A stretch of DNA of 64,000 bases, taken from NCBI GenBank assembly GCA_963797095.1, contig CAWCNY010000002.1, positions 320,001 through 384,000 on the forward strand. Direction: 5' to 3'. The notes below the pieces were generated by a model. The model made no database searches and was not told the origin of the DNA. It saw nothing but the letters and a program-made list of their open reading frames with translations. Source of the DNA: an uncultured Chloroflexia bacterium (lineage in GTDB: Bacteria > Chloroflexota > Chloroflexia > QHBQ01 > JADMIH01). Each line of letters starts with the position of its first letter. Position 1 is the first letter of the stretch. Positions 51,717-62,218 of this stretch are shown one piece after another. Both the position numbers and the translations under genes were made by a program.

Positions 51717-51981
51717 CCGTGCACCCTTTTCCGATAACAGCACTCCGGCTTGCAACCTGCCAGCCTGCTCGAACCAGGCTACCCCACGACACCCGAGAGG
51801 AACTATTTACCGCTGCTTCCTTCCGGACCTGACGGGATTCATAGGCTCACGCCGCGTAGGACCCGGTTGTCAACGCTGCTTAACAGGCGCAGTCCCACAA
51901 TGCCGTACCTCGAAAGGGATTTCAACCCCGCTGAGGCGAGTTGCGGGTTACAGGGCATCGCCAGTTCCCCGTCTAGCACGG
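51717..51981 (-). ncRNA. ffs: Bacterial large signal recognition particle RNA
   Basis: Minus strand carries the GTCAGGTCCGGAAGGAAGCAGC helix-8 motif and a 5' CCGTGCTAGACGGGG Alu-like domain pairing with 3' GCACGG. Confidence 0.95.
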
Positions 51982-52595
51982 TGTAATTGATCTTACCGAA
52001 TTGGGTGCATTACTGTCAAGGTGACGAGTGGCGAGTCAGGGTCTATTCAAAGTCGGTGAATGCAGTGCCAAGTTGGAGTATGTCATTCTGAGCGCAGCGA
52101 AGAATGACAAGGCGTAGTTGGCTCTCTTGCAATCAGCATCTTCCCGACTTTGAATAGACCCTGGTGGCGAGTGGTGGGTAGTCGGTAGTGGGTAGTCGGA
52201 GGGTGGGGGATGGGAGGATTGGCATAGGAAATCTTTGCTATGTGAATGCTTGCTGCACTGCACGCAGGGTTAGTACGCGTAGTCGTTGCGGGGATCTTCC
52301 GGTGTGCAACACAAAAGGTACTACGCCGTTGCTAATGCAATGGTATTAGGAAGCAGGTACTAAGGCAATTAACACCTATTGGTAATGTGCTTTCCTCATA
52401 TTGCCCTTATGATTTTCTATCGAGAGGCCATCTTACGGGGCTTCTCCGCGAAAAACCAAAATAGTTTGCGCGTTTCAGACAACCTTGATCTTATGAGATC
52501 ACCGCTGCCCGACCGCATACCGGCTCCTTTACGTGCTCTGAGTTTTACCGGTATCGTCTTCTTCACGGTTTCTGAAATAGCTGAGAAGGAACAAG

Positions 52596-55274
52596 ATGAT
52601 CTTTCGATTGTTGAAGAAGACGCGGTCAGTAAACTGGACATTCCACTTACTGCTGGCGACCTGTCTGATCCTCCCTCTCCTGGCTCTACAACCGAATCTG
52701 CGCGAGGCAACGGCCTATGCTCACCCGACGTTGCTCGATATGGCTGCAACTCAGCCCGACGCGCAGGTGAAGGTGATCGTGCAGAAGACCTCATCAAATG
52801 CGGACGTGGAGAGCGCTCTCCCGGCGCTAGGTGGATTCGTCACCAAAGACCTGAGCATCATCAATGCCTTCTCGGCCCAATTGCCCGCCAGGTCAGTGCC
52901 CGCTCTTGCCATGCAAGATGGGGTGCGCTGGATATCTCCCGATGCTCCCGTAGCGCAGTCGGCAGGCTCGCAGCAGACTTATAATACGACTACCTGGGCC
53001 ACGGAAATGGGCAGCATACCTGCCAATCAAAGCAACTCCAGCTTCAACAGCACATCCATATCGTCGGGGCGCTATATCTGGTTCAACAGCATGATCAAGG
53101 TGACCGGTATCAGTTATTCGGTCCCTACCACGGTCTATTATGACGATGTTACTGTGCAGTTCTCGTTCAGCGGCACCGACTATACGCTCAATATGCCCAG
53201 CTCCGTACTTACCTTCGACCCCAGCCTCCACTCCTGGGAAGGTTCGACCACATACGACGACGTGAACGGCCAATGGCTAACCACGGTTCCGGAGGATTAC
53301 GACTCTGAAGAAACTTTCCTGACCGGCCTGGCTTATAAGGTGCCGGTCAACTTCCCAGGCTCAATCAATAACGTTACCTGGGCAGGGCGCTTCACCACCG
53401 ATACACCCGGAGTTAGCATCAGTTATTGGAAGTGGTCTGCTGCCACATACCCTGTGCTCCCCAGCGACTACAATGCGCTGGGCGTGAAGCCATGTACCGA
53501 CAACTGGTGCAGCAGCAGCTACCATAATACCGACGCGGCGGGCACACCTGAAGGGTATAAGTACACGGTTGTTTCGGGCGCTCGCGGCACAGGCGGCACG
53601 AACTATACAGGCTCGTTCAGCAGCGCCCAATCGCTTGCTCCTGTAGTGCTGTTCAAGAACCTGAACAACACGATTGACGCGCCCGAAGGCCCCAACGGCA
53701 CCTACGGGTCCGCCGGGTCAACGATGGGCTATTTCACCGGCTTCTCAGGCGAGCGGACGCCAGATACGACCATCACCAAAGTTGAGGCCGCGTTGCGCTT
53801 CTACGTGCCGTCGTCCATCAGCGCCGATGTACGCGTGACGCCTATAGTGGACAACAGCGCAGGCAGCACTTTTACCGCCAGCCGGTCGGTATTCAACGCT
53901 CATGTTGGGCAATCGAACGCTTACACCTACTACGTTGACATCACCTCTGCGCGCTCCTGGCAGTGGGCTGATTTCGACAAATCGGTGCAGATCAAAATAG
54001 ACCAAAGCTCGCTGAATTCCGACTCCACCGTCTATTACGATGCGGTTGGTCTGCGGGTCACTTACAGCACAGGGAGCGATGACAGCGCGGTTATTAATTC
54101 CACTGATGGCACAACCGCTCCCGTTGACATCAGCAACCTCACCAACGTCTATAACCAGTCGATCCGGGCTACTGATGTGTGGAATATGACCCACGGCGAC
54201 CTGGGCCAGGGCGTGAACATAGCGGTGGTGGATAGCGGTATCATCAAGCATAAAGACCTCAAGGGAAATATCATAGGATCGGTCAATTTCAATTCAGGCC
54301 AGCACTCCTCGGTTGATGCCTACGGGCATGGCACGTTCGTGGCGGACATCATAGCAGGCACCGGCAAGCAATCGCGCGGTAAGTATATGGGTGTGGCACC
54401 CAAGGCAGGCCTGATAAGCGTGCGCGTGAGCGACGACCAGGGTATGTCCACGGAATCGGATGTGGTGGCGGGCTTGCAGTGGATATACAGGAACAAGAAC
54501 CGCTACAACATCAAGGTAGTCAATATATCGCTCAACTCTTCGGTGGCGCAGTCGTATCACACCAGCCCAATGTGCGCCGCCGCCGAGATACTCTGGTTCA
54601 ACGGCATTGTGGTGGTGGTGTCGGCGGGCAATAACGGCTCGGCCAATCTCTACCCGCCCGCCAACGACCCATTCGTAATCACCGTGGGCGCGGTAGACGA
54701 TCATGGCACAACCTCGCTTCTCGACGATACAATGGCGAGTTTCTCGGCCTACGGTACTGTGGATGGCGTCGCGAAGCCCGACCTGGTAGCACCGGGCAGA
54801 AACATCATAGCGCTGCTGCCCAGCAACAGCCGCACAACCATCTCGGAAGACCACCCGAACAATCGCGTCAACGCCAACTACTTCCGCATGTCGGGCACAT
54901 CTATGGCCGCACCAATAGTGAGCGGTGCGGTGGCCCTCCTGTTGAAAGATGAGCCGAACCTCAACCCCGACCAGGTGAAATACCGCCTGAAGGCTACCGC
55001 CAGGACCAACCTTACAGGCTGGCTGGCATACAACGCCACCAAGGCAGGCGCAGGCTACCTCGATATATATGCCGCCGTCACAGGCAACACCACCCAGACG
55101 GCCAATACCGGTATTCGAGCCAGCCAACTCCTATGGAGCGGCCAGGACCCGATAACATGGGGTACGGTGAACTGGTCGTCCGTCAATTGGAGCACTGTGA
55201 ACTGGTCGTCTGTCAATTGGAGCACTGTCAATTGGTCCTCGGTGAACTGGTCCAGCGATACCTGGGAACCATGA
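52596..55274 (+). CDS. Secreted S8 (subtilisin-like) serine protease with internal insert and C-terminal WS(S/T)VN repeats
   Basis: VVDSG, HGT, AGN and SGTSMAAP catalytic motifs; signal peptide and prodomain. Confidence 0.9.
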   Translation: MIFRLLKKTRSVNWTFHLLLATCLILPLLALQPNLREATAYAHPTLLDMAATQPDAQVKVIVQKTSSNADVESALPALGGFVTKDLSIINAFSAQLPARSVPALAMQDGVRWISPDAPVAQSAGSQQTYNTTTWATEMGSIPANQSNSSFNSTSISSGRYIWFNSMIKVTGISYSVPTTVYYDDVTVQFSFSGTDYTLNMPSSVLTFDPSLHSWEGSTTYDDVNGQWLTTVPEDYDSEETFLTGLAYKVPVNFPGSINNVTWAGRFTTDTPGVSISYWKWSAATYPVLPSDYNALGVKPCTDNWCSSSYHNTDAAGTPEGYKYTVVSGARGTGGTNYTGSFSSAQSLAPVVLFKNLNNTIDAPEGPNGTYGSAGSTMGYFTGFSGERTPDTTITKVEAALRFYVPSSISADVRVTPIVDNSAGSTFTASRSVFNAHVGQSNAYTYYVDITSARSWQWADFDKSVQIKIDQSSLNSDSTVYYDAVGLRVTYSTGSDDSAVINSTDGTTAPVDISNLTNVYNQSIRATDVWNMTHGDLGQGVNIAVVDSGIIKHKDLKGNIIGSVNFNSGQHSSVDAYGHGTFVADIIAGTGKQSRGKYMGVAPKAGLISVRVSDDQGMSTESDVVAGLQWIYRNKNRYNIKVVNISLNSSVAQSYHTSPMCAAAEILWFNGIVVVVSAGNNGSANLYPPANDPFVITVGAVDDHGTTSLLDDTMASFSAYGTVDGVAKPDLVAPGRNIIALLPSNSRTTISEDHPNNRVNANYFRMSGTSMAAPIVSGAVALLLKDEPNLNPDQVKYRLKATARTNLTGWLAYNATKAGAGYLDIYAAVTGNTTQTANTGIRASQLLWSGQDPITWGTVNWSSVNWSTVNWSSVNWSTVNWSSVNWSSDTWEP

Positions 55275-55704
55275 TAACCTGATAATCCTTCCTTCCCTAA
55301 GCAACCCCACAAGGGGTGTAAGAGCAGAGTAGTCTCCTCGTTGCTCTTACGCCCCTTGTGGGATTCCGGTCTCTGATACATCTCCAGACCGATTGACTGT
55401 GTTGTGCCAATGGGATATAGTTGTGGCGCAAGAGGCAAACCAACCCGCAGGAGGCGATGGCAGATGAGAAATGTGAATACTAACACCGCCTTGAATAGTG
55501 GCCTTCCATTTGATGGGAGTCGCGCCTCTGCATAGTATTATATCTTCGCTTGTGATTATTGCGGCTGTGTGCGCTCTCCGGCACACGGCTTTTTGTTTCT
55601 CCTGAGCGCGCACCGGGCGACGCCTGCGAGAGGGGCTGTGGCGATGGAACGCCAGGGCCTCTTTTGTTTGATTACAGGATTCAGCACACAGGAGAAACAC
55701 CACC

Positions 55705-56667
55705 TTGCGTTACAAATGGAATTACCAGGACGAACTGGAAGAATACCTGGACGATAGGCCGCAAAAGCTCGCGAAGCCGAGGCCGCATCGCAGGCACGCC
55801 CGCGAAGAGATCGTAGCCACCCTGGTCGAGCGCGGCGACGACACCAGGCAGGGCTTCGACCCGTCTTTCGGCTCTAGATCAGCCGAGAAGCACAATGTAT
55901 CGCGTCACGAGCGCGCATGGATAATCGAATATCTCAGCGGGTTCTACGAAGACCACCAGATAATCGACGTGGTCAAGCCGGTCAAAGGCGGCAAGGAGGC
56001 CACCGTCTACTGCTGCCTGGCCGGGCCGTCAGTGGGTGCAGAGTTTGTGGCCGCCAAGCTTTATCGCCCACGCATCTTCCGCAACCTGCGCAACAACTCG
56101 CTTTACAGGATGGGCCGGGATATGGTCGATGAGCAGGGGAAGACCTCGTTTAAGCGTCGCGAAGCGCTGGCGCTGGCTAAGGGCACGCGTTTTGGGCGCG
56201 ACCTGCGCCAGCTTGCCTGGGCCGGGCAGGAGGTGGCGGCCCTCGAACGCCTCAGCGAGGCGGGAGCCGACGTACCCCGCGTCTATGCCTATACCGACCA
56301 CGCCATCCTGATGGATTACTACGGCGTGGCCGACCTGGCCGCGCCCACTCTGATCAATGTCACTTTGCGCGGGAAAGAGGCTCGCCCCCTGTTTGATCGC
56401 GTCGTGTACAACATCGACTTGATGCTGGCGAGCGGTCTGATTCATGGCGATTTGTCGGCGCACAACATTCTCTACTGGCAGGGCGAGATCAAGCTGATCG
56501 ACTTTCCGCAGGCGATCGATCCGAACGTGAACCCTTACGCTTATGGCATATTCGTGCGCGACGTGGCGCGGGTTTGCCAGTACTTCGAGCGATATGGTAT
56601 CAGGGAGGCCCCCGAACGGCTGGCGGCGGATATATGGGCCAGGCATGTTCTCACGATGGAAGAATAG
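55705..56667 (+). CDS. RIO1-family atypical Ser/Thr kinase
   Basis: GGKEATVY, IHGDLSAHNIL and IDFPQ motifs; TTG start after AGGAG. Confidence 0.9.
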   Translation: MRYKWNYQDELEEYLDDRPQKLAKPRPHRRHAREEIVATLVERGDDTRQGFDPSFGSRSAEKHNVSRHERAWIIEYLSGFYEDHQIIDVVKPVKGGKEATVYCCLAGPSVGAEFVAAKLYRPRIFRNLRNNSLYRMGRDMVDEQGKTSFKRREALALAKGTRFGRDLRQLAWAGQEVAALERLSEAGADVPRVYAYTDHAILMDYYGVADLAAPTLINVTLRGKEARPLFDRVVYNIDLMLASGLIHGDLSAHNILYWQGEIKLIDFPQAIDPNVNPYAYGIFVRDVARVCQYFERYGIREAPERLAADIWARHVLTMEE

Positions 56668-56738
56668 GGGTTTGGGGACGCTGAAACGAAGCCGGGTTCA
56701 ATGACAAACAACCGCCTCCATAAGGGGCGGTTGTTTTG

Positions 56739-56827
56739 TGGCGGAGAGGGTGGGATTCGAACCCACGACGGATTTTACCCGTACCCGCTTTCCAGGCGAG
56801 CGCCCTAGGCCACTAGGCGACCTCTCC
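56739..56827 (-). tRNA. tRNA-Ser(GGA)
   Basis: Cloverleaf with long variable arm, loop CT-GGA-AA, encoded CCA. Confidence 0.95.
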
Positions 56828-56919
56828 ACAACTCGGATTGCGATTTTAGATTTCGGATTTAGCGTTCGGTTTCGGGGCTTAATCCCCAATCCTACGTCTA
56901 AAATCCGAAATAGAGCGGG

Positions 56920-57009
56920 CGGAGAGGGTGGGATTCGAACCCACGGAGAGCTTTTCAAACCCTCACTCGTTTTCGAGACGAGCTCCATCAACCGCTCGGA
57001 CACCTCTCC
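56920..57009 (-). tRNA. tRNA-Ser(CGA)
   Basis: Cloverleaf with long variable arm, loop CT-CGA-AA. Confidence 0.95.
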
Positions 57010-57071
57010 CGGTGAAAAAGGGCCAACCTTTGTGGGGCTGACCCTCTCGCTGCACTACGTCTGGGTGCAGT

Positions 57072-57147
57072 TGGCGTGCCTGGAGGGGCTCGAACCCCCG
57101 TCCTTTGGGTCCGCAACCCAACGCTCTATCCACTGAGCTACAGGCAC
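57072..57147 (-). tRNA. tRNA-Arg(GCG)
   Basis: Anticodon arm TTGGG-TT-GCG-GA-CCCAA; encoded CCA. Confidence 0.93.
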
Positions 57148-57220
57148 CCGCTCGCTTTGCAGCACCCCAATTATATCAGATGGCCCCCTTGATTGCAACC
57201 TTGACTCCTCTGCTACTACT

Positions 57221-58567
57221 ATGCTATTAATCCATGCTATGCCAGCGACCTACAGAGACACAGTTCTTGATATTTTGCATGCCGCGTTCAGCGCAGACCC
57301 TTACGCCGCGACGCTCGCGGCTTTGACGGGAGATCCGCGCGTTCAAAAAGTTCTTAAGTCGCTTCCTGCCAACGGCAGGATATATGTAGTGGGGGCGGGT
57401 AAGGCCGGCGCGACTATGGCCCATGCGGTCGAAGATACTTTGCGCTATCGCATTACGTCGGGGCTGATTATTGTCAAAGATGGGCATGCATCCACAGGTG
57501 GCGCGCCTCTCCGGTATATTTCCGTGCGCGAGGCTGCGCACCCTCTACCGGATGCCCGTGGCGTAGCGGCTACCGCCGAGCTTTTGAGGATTGTGCAGAG
57601 CGCTGGCGAGGGCGACCTTGTGATCTGCCTGATCTCAGGAGGCGGCTCTGCGCTGCTCACACAGCCGACGGAGGGTATTACCCTGGAGGATGTGCAGGCG
57701 GTCACGGACGAAATGCTCAAATCGGGTGCGTCGATCAACGAGTTGAATGGAGTCCGCAAGCATCTCAGTGGCGTGTCGGGCGGGCAATTGGCTCGTATTG
57801 CCTCCCCGGCCTCGGTGCTCTCTCTTATCCTCAGCGACGTAGTAGGCTCGCCGCTGGATGTGATCGCTTCAGGCCCCACAGTGCCCGACCCTACCTCTTA
57901 CTCGTATGCGCTTGCTACGCTGGAACGCTACGACCTGCTGGGTCATGTTCCTCCCATGGTAGTGTCTCGACTGCGTGCCGGGCTGGCCCAATTGCTTCCG
58001 GAAACACCGAAGCCCGGCGATTCGATCTTCGGTGCGGTGACGAACGTGCTTGTAGCCAGCAATGTGCAGGCTGTGGAGGCTGCCGCGGAGTTGGCTCGCG
58101 GGCACGGTCTGAATACGGTGATCGTCTCGACATATTTGGAGGGTGAAGCGCGCGAAGTTGGGCGAGTGCTGGCGGGCATGGCGCGTGAAATAGCGCAGTA
58201 TGGCAGGCCCATACAGCGTCCGGCGTGTCTCGTGTTCGGGGGCGAAACGACCGTTACGGTGCGAGGTAAGGGGATTGGGGGGCGCAACAGCGAGCTTGCC
58301 CTCAGCGCAGCCTTGCATATACGGGGTCTCGGTGCTCGCGTGATCGTGGCGTCGGTGGCAACCGACGGCGGCGATGGCCCCTCGCCCGGCGCGGGCGCTA
58401 TCGTGGATGGTACCACGATAGATCGAGGGACCAAGGCAGGTCTTGACGCCCAGGCCAGCCTGGCCGACAATGACAGCTACACTTATCTCTCGCAAATACA
58501 TGATGCCCTGGTAACAGGGCCCACAGGCACAAACGTAAATGATATAATAGCGGTGTTTGTGTTCTAA
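57221..58567 (+). CDS. Glycerate 2-kinase (MOFRL family)
   Basis: GAGKA, LISGGGSAL, SDVVG, GGETTV, GGRN and TGTNVND motifs. Confidence 0.9.
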   Translation: MLLIHAMPATYRDTVLDILHAAFSADPYAATLAALTGDPRVQKVLKSLPANGRIYVVGAGKAGATMAHAVEDTLRYRITSGLIIVKDGHASTGGAPLRYISVREAAHPLPDARGVAATAELLRIVQSAGEGDLVICLISGGGSALLTQPTEGITLEDVQAVTDEMLKSGASINELNGVRKHLSGVSGGQLARIASPASVLSLILSDVVGSPLDVIASGPTVPDPTSYSYALATLERYDLLGHVPPMVVSRLRAGLAQLLPETPKPGDSIFGAVTNVLVASNVQAVEAAAELARGHGLNTVIVSTYLEGEAREVGRVLAGMAREIAQYGRPIQRPACLVFGGETTVTVRGKGIGGRNSELALSAALHIRGLGARVIVASVATDGGDGPSPGAGAIVDGTTIDRGTKAGLDAQASLADNDSYTYLSQIHDALVTGPTGTNVNDIIAVFVF

Positions 58568-58617
58568 TACCGACAAGCGACAATCGACGACCGACAACTA
58601 ACGACTAGGAGCATCCA

Positions 58618-60393
58618 ATGAGACTAGGCGGTTTTACGTTTGTGCTACATTCGCATATGCCTTTTTACAGGGGAGCAGGGCGCTGGCCTCACGGCGAGGA
58701 GAATTTGCATGAAGTGATGGCCGAAACTTATGTGCCTCTGCTCGCGGCCCTCACTGACTTACGGGAAGCAGGCGTTCGAGCCAGGGTTACTTTGGGCATT
58801 ACGCCTGTGCTTGCCGAGCAACTGGCAGATGAGCAGATCAAGGAGCGCTTCGAGGAATATCTCAATCAAGAGATAGAGGGCGCAACCGACGACATCGAAC
58901 GCTTCGAACGTTCCAACGACTTGCATTTCCTGTACCTGGCCCACTTCTATCTCGATTGGTACCGCAACATTCTGAATACATTTCAGGAGCGCTTCGGGCG
59001 CGATATCATAGGAGGTTTCCGCCGCCTCCAGGATGCAGGCATGGTTGAGGTCCTTACCTCCGCCGCCACTCACCCCTACTTGCCTTTAATGCAGCGCGAC
59101 TCCACGATCCATGCCCAGCTTGCTATTGGCAAGCGCACTACAGCCCGCCACTTCGGCAAAGCGCCTCGCGCTATCTGGCTGCCGGAATGTGCCTACCGTC
59201 CCGGATACTATGCCAAAGGCCCCGATGGCACACGCTATGAACGGCCTGGTCTCGAAGCCTTTTTGGATGCCCAGGGCCTGAGGCTCTTTTTCAGCGAAAG
59301 CGCCTCGATTGAGGGAAGTCGTGTTGTCGGTGAAGCCCGGCGTGAGACACACGAGATTATACGTTCCGCTCCTAACAGCCAGGATACGCTTGATATTTAC
59401 GGGCAGGTGGAACGCGCCATCGACGAGAAGGGTTATGAGAGCGCGGGCTTCGTCACAAGAAAGCATGTGGTTCCATTTGACGGTGGCGGGCATGCCGCGG
59501 GAGCTAACGGGGGCACGTTCGAGCCATATTTAGTGCGCGACTCGGATGTGGCTGTGATAGGCCGCAACCGCGTGGTTGGCGAGCAGGTGTGGGCCGCTGC
59601 CGTCGGTTATCCGGGCGACGGTAATTACCGCGAATTCCATAAGAAAGATGCCGCCCACGGCTTGCAGTACTGGCGAGTGACAGACACACATACCGATATT
59701 GCCTACAAAGAGCCGTATGAGCCGTACCACGCGGGCCAACGGGTGGAGGAACACGCCAAACACTTCGTCTGGCTGCTAGAACAGGAATTACGCGACTTCG
59801 AGGGCAAGCACGGAAAGCAGGGCTTTATCGCGTCGGCATACGACACTGAGCTTTTCGGTCACTGGTGGTTCGAGGGTGTTGATTGGCTCAAGCGGGTGCT
59901 CACTCTCCTTGCCGAGCACGAGGAGATCGAGTTGACTACCGCCTCGGAATGGCTGGAGGCCCACCCTCCCGATAAGGTAATCGACCTGCCTGAAAGCTCA
60001 TGGGGACATACAGGTACCCACATCACCTGGATCAACCCTGAAACGACCTGGATGTGGTCGGCGGTGTACGCAGCCGAGCGCAGGATGGAGGGCCTGGTTG
60101 ACCGTTATCCATCGGCGTATGATGGCACCTGGGAAGCGCTCAACCAGGCAGCGCGCGAATTGGTCTTGTTGGAGGCCAGCGACTGGGAATTCCTCTACAC
60201 GACGGGCCAGGCCCGCCAGTATTCCACCGACCAATTCTCCGAGCATGTAGAGCGCTTCAATACTCTCGCGGGCGCACTGGAATCGCAGGCCGACAACAAC
60301 TCGCTCCTTCAATTGGCACGCGAATACAACCAACGCGATAATCTCTTCCCCGACATAGATTACCGGCTCTTTACGCGCCGGCAGGCGGAATAA
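58618..60393 (+). CDS. GH57 1,4-alpha-glucan branching enzyme
   Basis: LHSHMP, WLPECAY, DTELFGHWWFEG and SDW motifs. Confidence 0.92.
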   Translation: MRLGGFTFVLHSHMPFYRGAGRWPHGEENLHEVMAETYVPLLAALTDLREAGVRARVTLGITPVLAEQLADEQIKERFEEYLNQEIEGATDDIERFERSNDLHFLYLAHFYLDWYRNILNTFQERFGRDIIGGFRRLQDAGMVEVLTSAATHPYLPLMQRDSTIHAQLAIGKRTTARHFGKAPRAIWLPECAYRPGYYAKGPDGTRYERPGLEAFLDAQGLRLFFSESASIEGSRVVGEARRETHEIIRSAPNSQDTLDIYGQVERAIDEKGYESAGFVTRKHVVPFDGGGHAAGANGGTFEPYLVRDSDVAVIGRNRVVGEQVWAAAVGYPGDGNYREFHKKDAAHGLQYWRVTDTHTDIAYKEPYEPYHAGQRVEEHAKHFVWLLEQELRDFEGKHGKQGFIASAYDTELFGHWWFEGVDWLKRVLTLLAEHEEIELTTASEWLEAHPPDKVIDLPESSWGHTGTHITWINPETTWMWSAVYAAERRMEGLVDRYPSAYDGTWEALNQAARELVLLEASDWEFLYTTGQARQYSTDQFSEHVERFNTLAGALESQADNNSLLQLAREYNQRDNLFPDIDYRLFTRRQAE

Positions 60394-60473
60394 ACGATTA
60401 GCTATCCCGCCAAGTGTCCTGCTTCGCCGCCATATTGCGCCGGTCCGGCCACGGGATCTCCTCTGCGCCTAAC

Positions 60474-60719
60474 TTAGGCCAGCCCTGAGCCCGGATCGGC
60501 GTCGTTGCTATCCATCTCCAGAGTCAGGTCAATTCCTGTGCCGGTGTCGTCGAACTCACCGAACTGCTCGCCCTCCCCGCTGTTGTTGTCACCGGGCGCT
60601 TCCGCATCGGCTTGAGCCTGGTTTTCGCCGTTTGTTTCTTGCACATCGTCGGTGGCGGGACTGCCGTAATCTTCTATCTTAGGAATACCCTCGTTGTAGT
60701 CGCCGGCATTATTGTTCAC
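60474..60719 (-). CDS. Small acidic hypothetical protein
   Basis: GTG start after an AGGAGG RBS; 81 aa, D/E-rich. Confidence 0.55.
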   Translation of the reverse strand: MNNNAGDYNEGIPKIEDYGSPATDDVQETNGENQAQADAEAPGDNNSGEGEQFGEFDDTGTGIDLTLEMDSNDADPGSGLA

Positions 60720-60860
60720 TTTTATCCTCCTTGGATCCGGTAGTTCTACGTATAATTATCGATCCGGGAGCAAGTGATATGCCAACCGGCGGTTGGTAAG
60801 GGGCCAGGATCGGCGCTTTGGTATAATCACATACTGCAAGTTTACAGGAGGGTATTCGAT

Positions 60861-61277
60861 ATGAAGATCAGCGCTCAAGTTCAAAATAGCCAGGGGAGCC
60901 ACCAGATTACTCTGAGCACGAATGACAATATACATTCGATCACGATACCTCCCAGGTCTTCAGGGTTTGGTTCAAGCGCGAACGGGGGTGAGTTGCTGTT
61001 CCTGGCGCTGGCGACCTGTTATTGCAACGATATTTACCGCGAGGCTGCCAGGAGGAATATCTCCGTACAGCAAGTGGAGGTGACGGTCGATGGGGATTTT
61101 GAGGCGGAAGGAGGGCCTGCCACCAACGTCACTTATCATGCCAAAGTAGTCGCGAACGCGCCTGAGGACGATATCAAAGCGCTGATGCTGTTGACCGACA
61201 CGGTAGCAGAGATCCAGAATACACTGAGGGCGATGACACCTGTTGCGCTTCAGAGTGTCGAGGCTGTATCGGTCTGA
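60861..61277 (+). CDS. OsmC-family protein
   Basis: NGGELLFLALATC motif; ATG after AGGAGG. Confidence 0.85.
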   Translation: MKISAQVQNSQGSHQITLSTNDNIHSITIPPRSSGFGSSANGGELLFLALATCYCNDIYREAARRNISVQQVEVTVDGDFEAEGGPATNVTYHAKVVANAPEDDIKALMLLTDTVAEIQNTLRAMTPVALQSVEAVSV

Positions 61278-61293
61278 GATAATGTTGAGTAGT

Positions 61294-61346
61294 ATTCTAA
61301 AAAAGGCAAAATGGCGGTGGAGCCGCCATTTTGCCTTTTTTAGAAT
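61294..61346. terminator. Bidirectional intrinsic terminator
   Basis: Long perfect hairpin with A/T tracts between convergent genes. Confidence 0.85.
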
Positions 61347-61419
61347 GAGATTGTATTCCTGCAAACCCGCATCTAAAATTCGAGCTGACTAATCACTTAT
61401 CAACTCTTGAACTTCAGGA

Positions 61420-62163
61420 TTATCTTGGCCTTCGGCGCGACTGATCGTACAGCAGGTAAGCGCCGAGAGCGATCAGGACGATGGGCCACAGGGCGAACAA
61501 CCGGAATATACTGGATAGGCCGCCCAGCAAGATCACCCCGCCGGGGATCAGCGCCCACCAGTGCTTGCGCTCAAAGAACCAGATCATGCAGAAGCCGAGA
61601 CCCAGGGTAATCGCCGAGATGCTGCCACCAAAGAGCCAATCTACGGGTGCAAATCCCTCCAGGAACTGTCCCGCACCGATGCCGAGCAGGATGGAGCCGG
61701 GGATCAGGAAGCCGATCCGGTAACCGGGCCTGGTGGTGAAGTAGGCGTACATAAAGATGCCGCCGATCAACAGCAGAACCATATCCCCAAAGCTGGGGAA
61801 GAATCTGAACTGGTCAAGCAAGAAGAGCAGCCCGCCGCCGATCAATACCATCGCGAGGATAGTGCGGTCGCGGTCGCGCCTGGCTGTGGAGGCGTAGTAA
61901 GGTTGAGTGGTGGTCTGCACCTGCCCATAGGTGCCGTATTGAGGCTGCGCGTAGCCGCCGGGCGCGTTCACGTTAGCCTGTGGGTTTGCTCCCGGCAGCT
62001 CGGGGCCGGTGTAGCCGCCGTAAGGCTGCCCAGGGTTGTACGACTGGCCCGAGCCTGGAACTTCCGGCTTTGGCGTTTCCTGAGGAGGGAAATAGCGCGT
62101 CGGGTTGGGGTCGTTTGTAGGAGGCTGTTGTGTTTGTGCGCCCCCATTGGTATAAGAGTCCAT
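61420..62163 (-). CDS. LiaF/LiaI-like membrane protein with Pro/Gln-rich N-terminus
   Basis: ATG 62163 after GGAGGAG; repeated LI.GG, LIPG and WP..LI..G TM motifs. Confidence 0.65.
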   Translation of the reverse strand: MDSYTNGGAQTQQPPTNDPNPTRYFPPQETPKPEVPGSGQSYNPGQPYGGYTGPELPGANPQANVNAPGGYAQPQYGTYGQVQTTTQPYYASTARRDRDRTILAMVLIGGGLLFLLDQFRFFPSFGDMVLLLIGGIFMYAYFTTRPGYRIGFLIPGSILLGIGAGQFLEGFAPVDWLFGGSISAITLGLGFCMIWFFERKHWWALIPGGVILLGGLSSIFRLFALWPIVLIALGAYLLYDQSRRRPR

Positions 62164-62218
62164 ATTATCTCCTCCAGACCTGCTTTTTGTAGAGTATATC
62201 TCTCTGTCTATTCTAATG

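Noticed and set aside
55425-55470. c-di-GMP-I riboswitch (GGCAAACC)
   Set aside because: The expected GACGCAAAGC and second stem are missing.
56698-57136. ORFs over the tRNA cluster (likewise 51592-51990 over the SRP RNA)
   Set aside because: They are translations of structural RNA genes.
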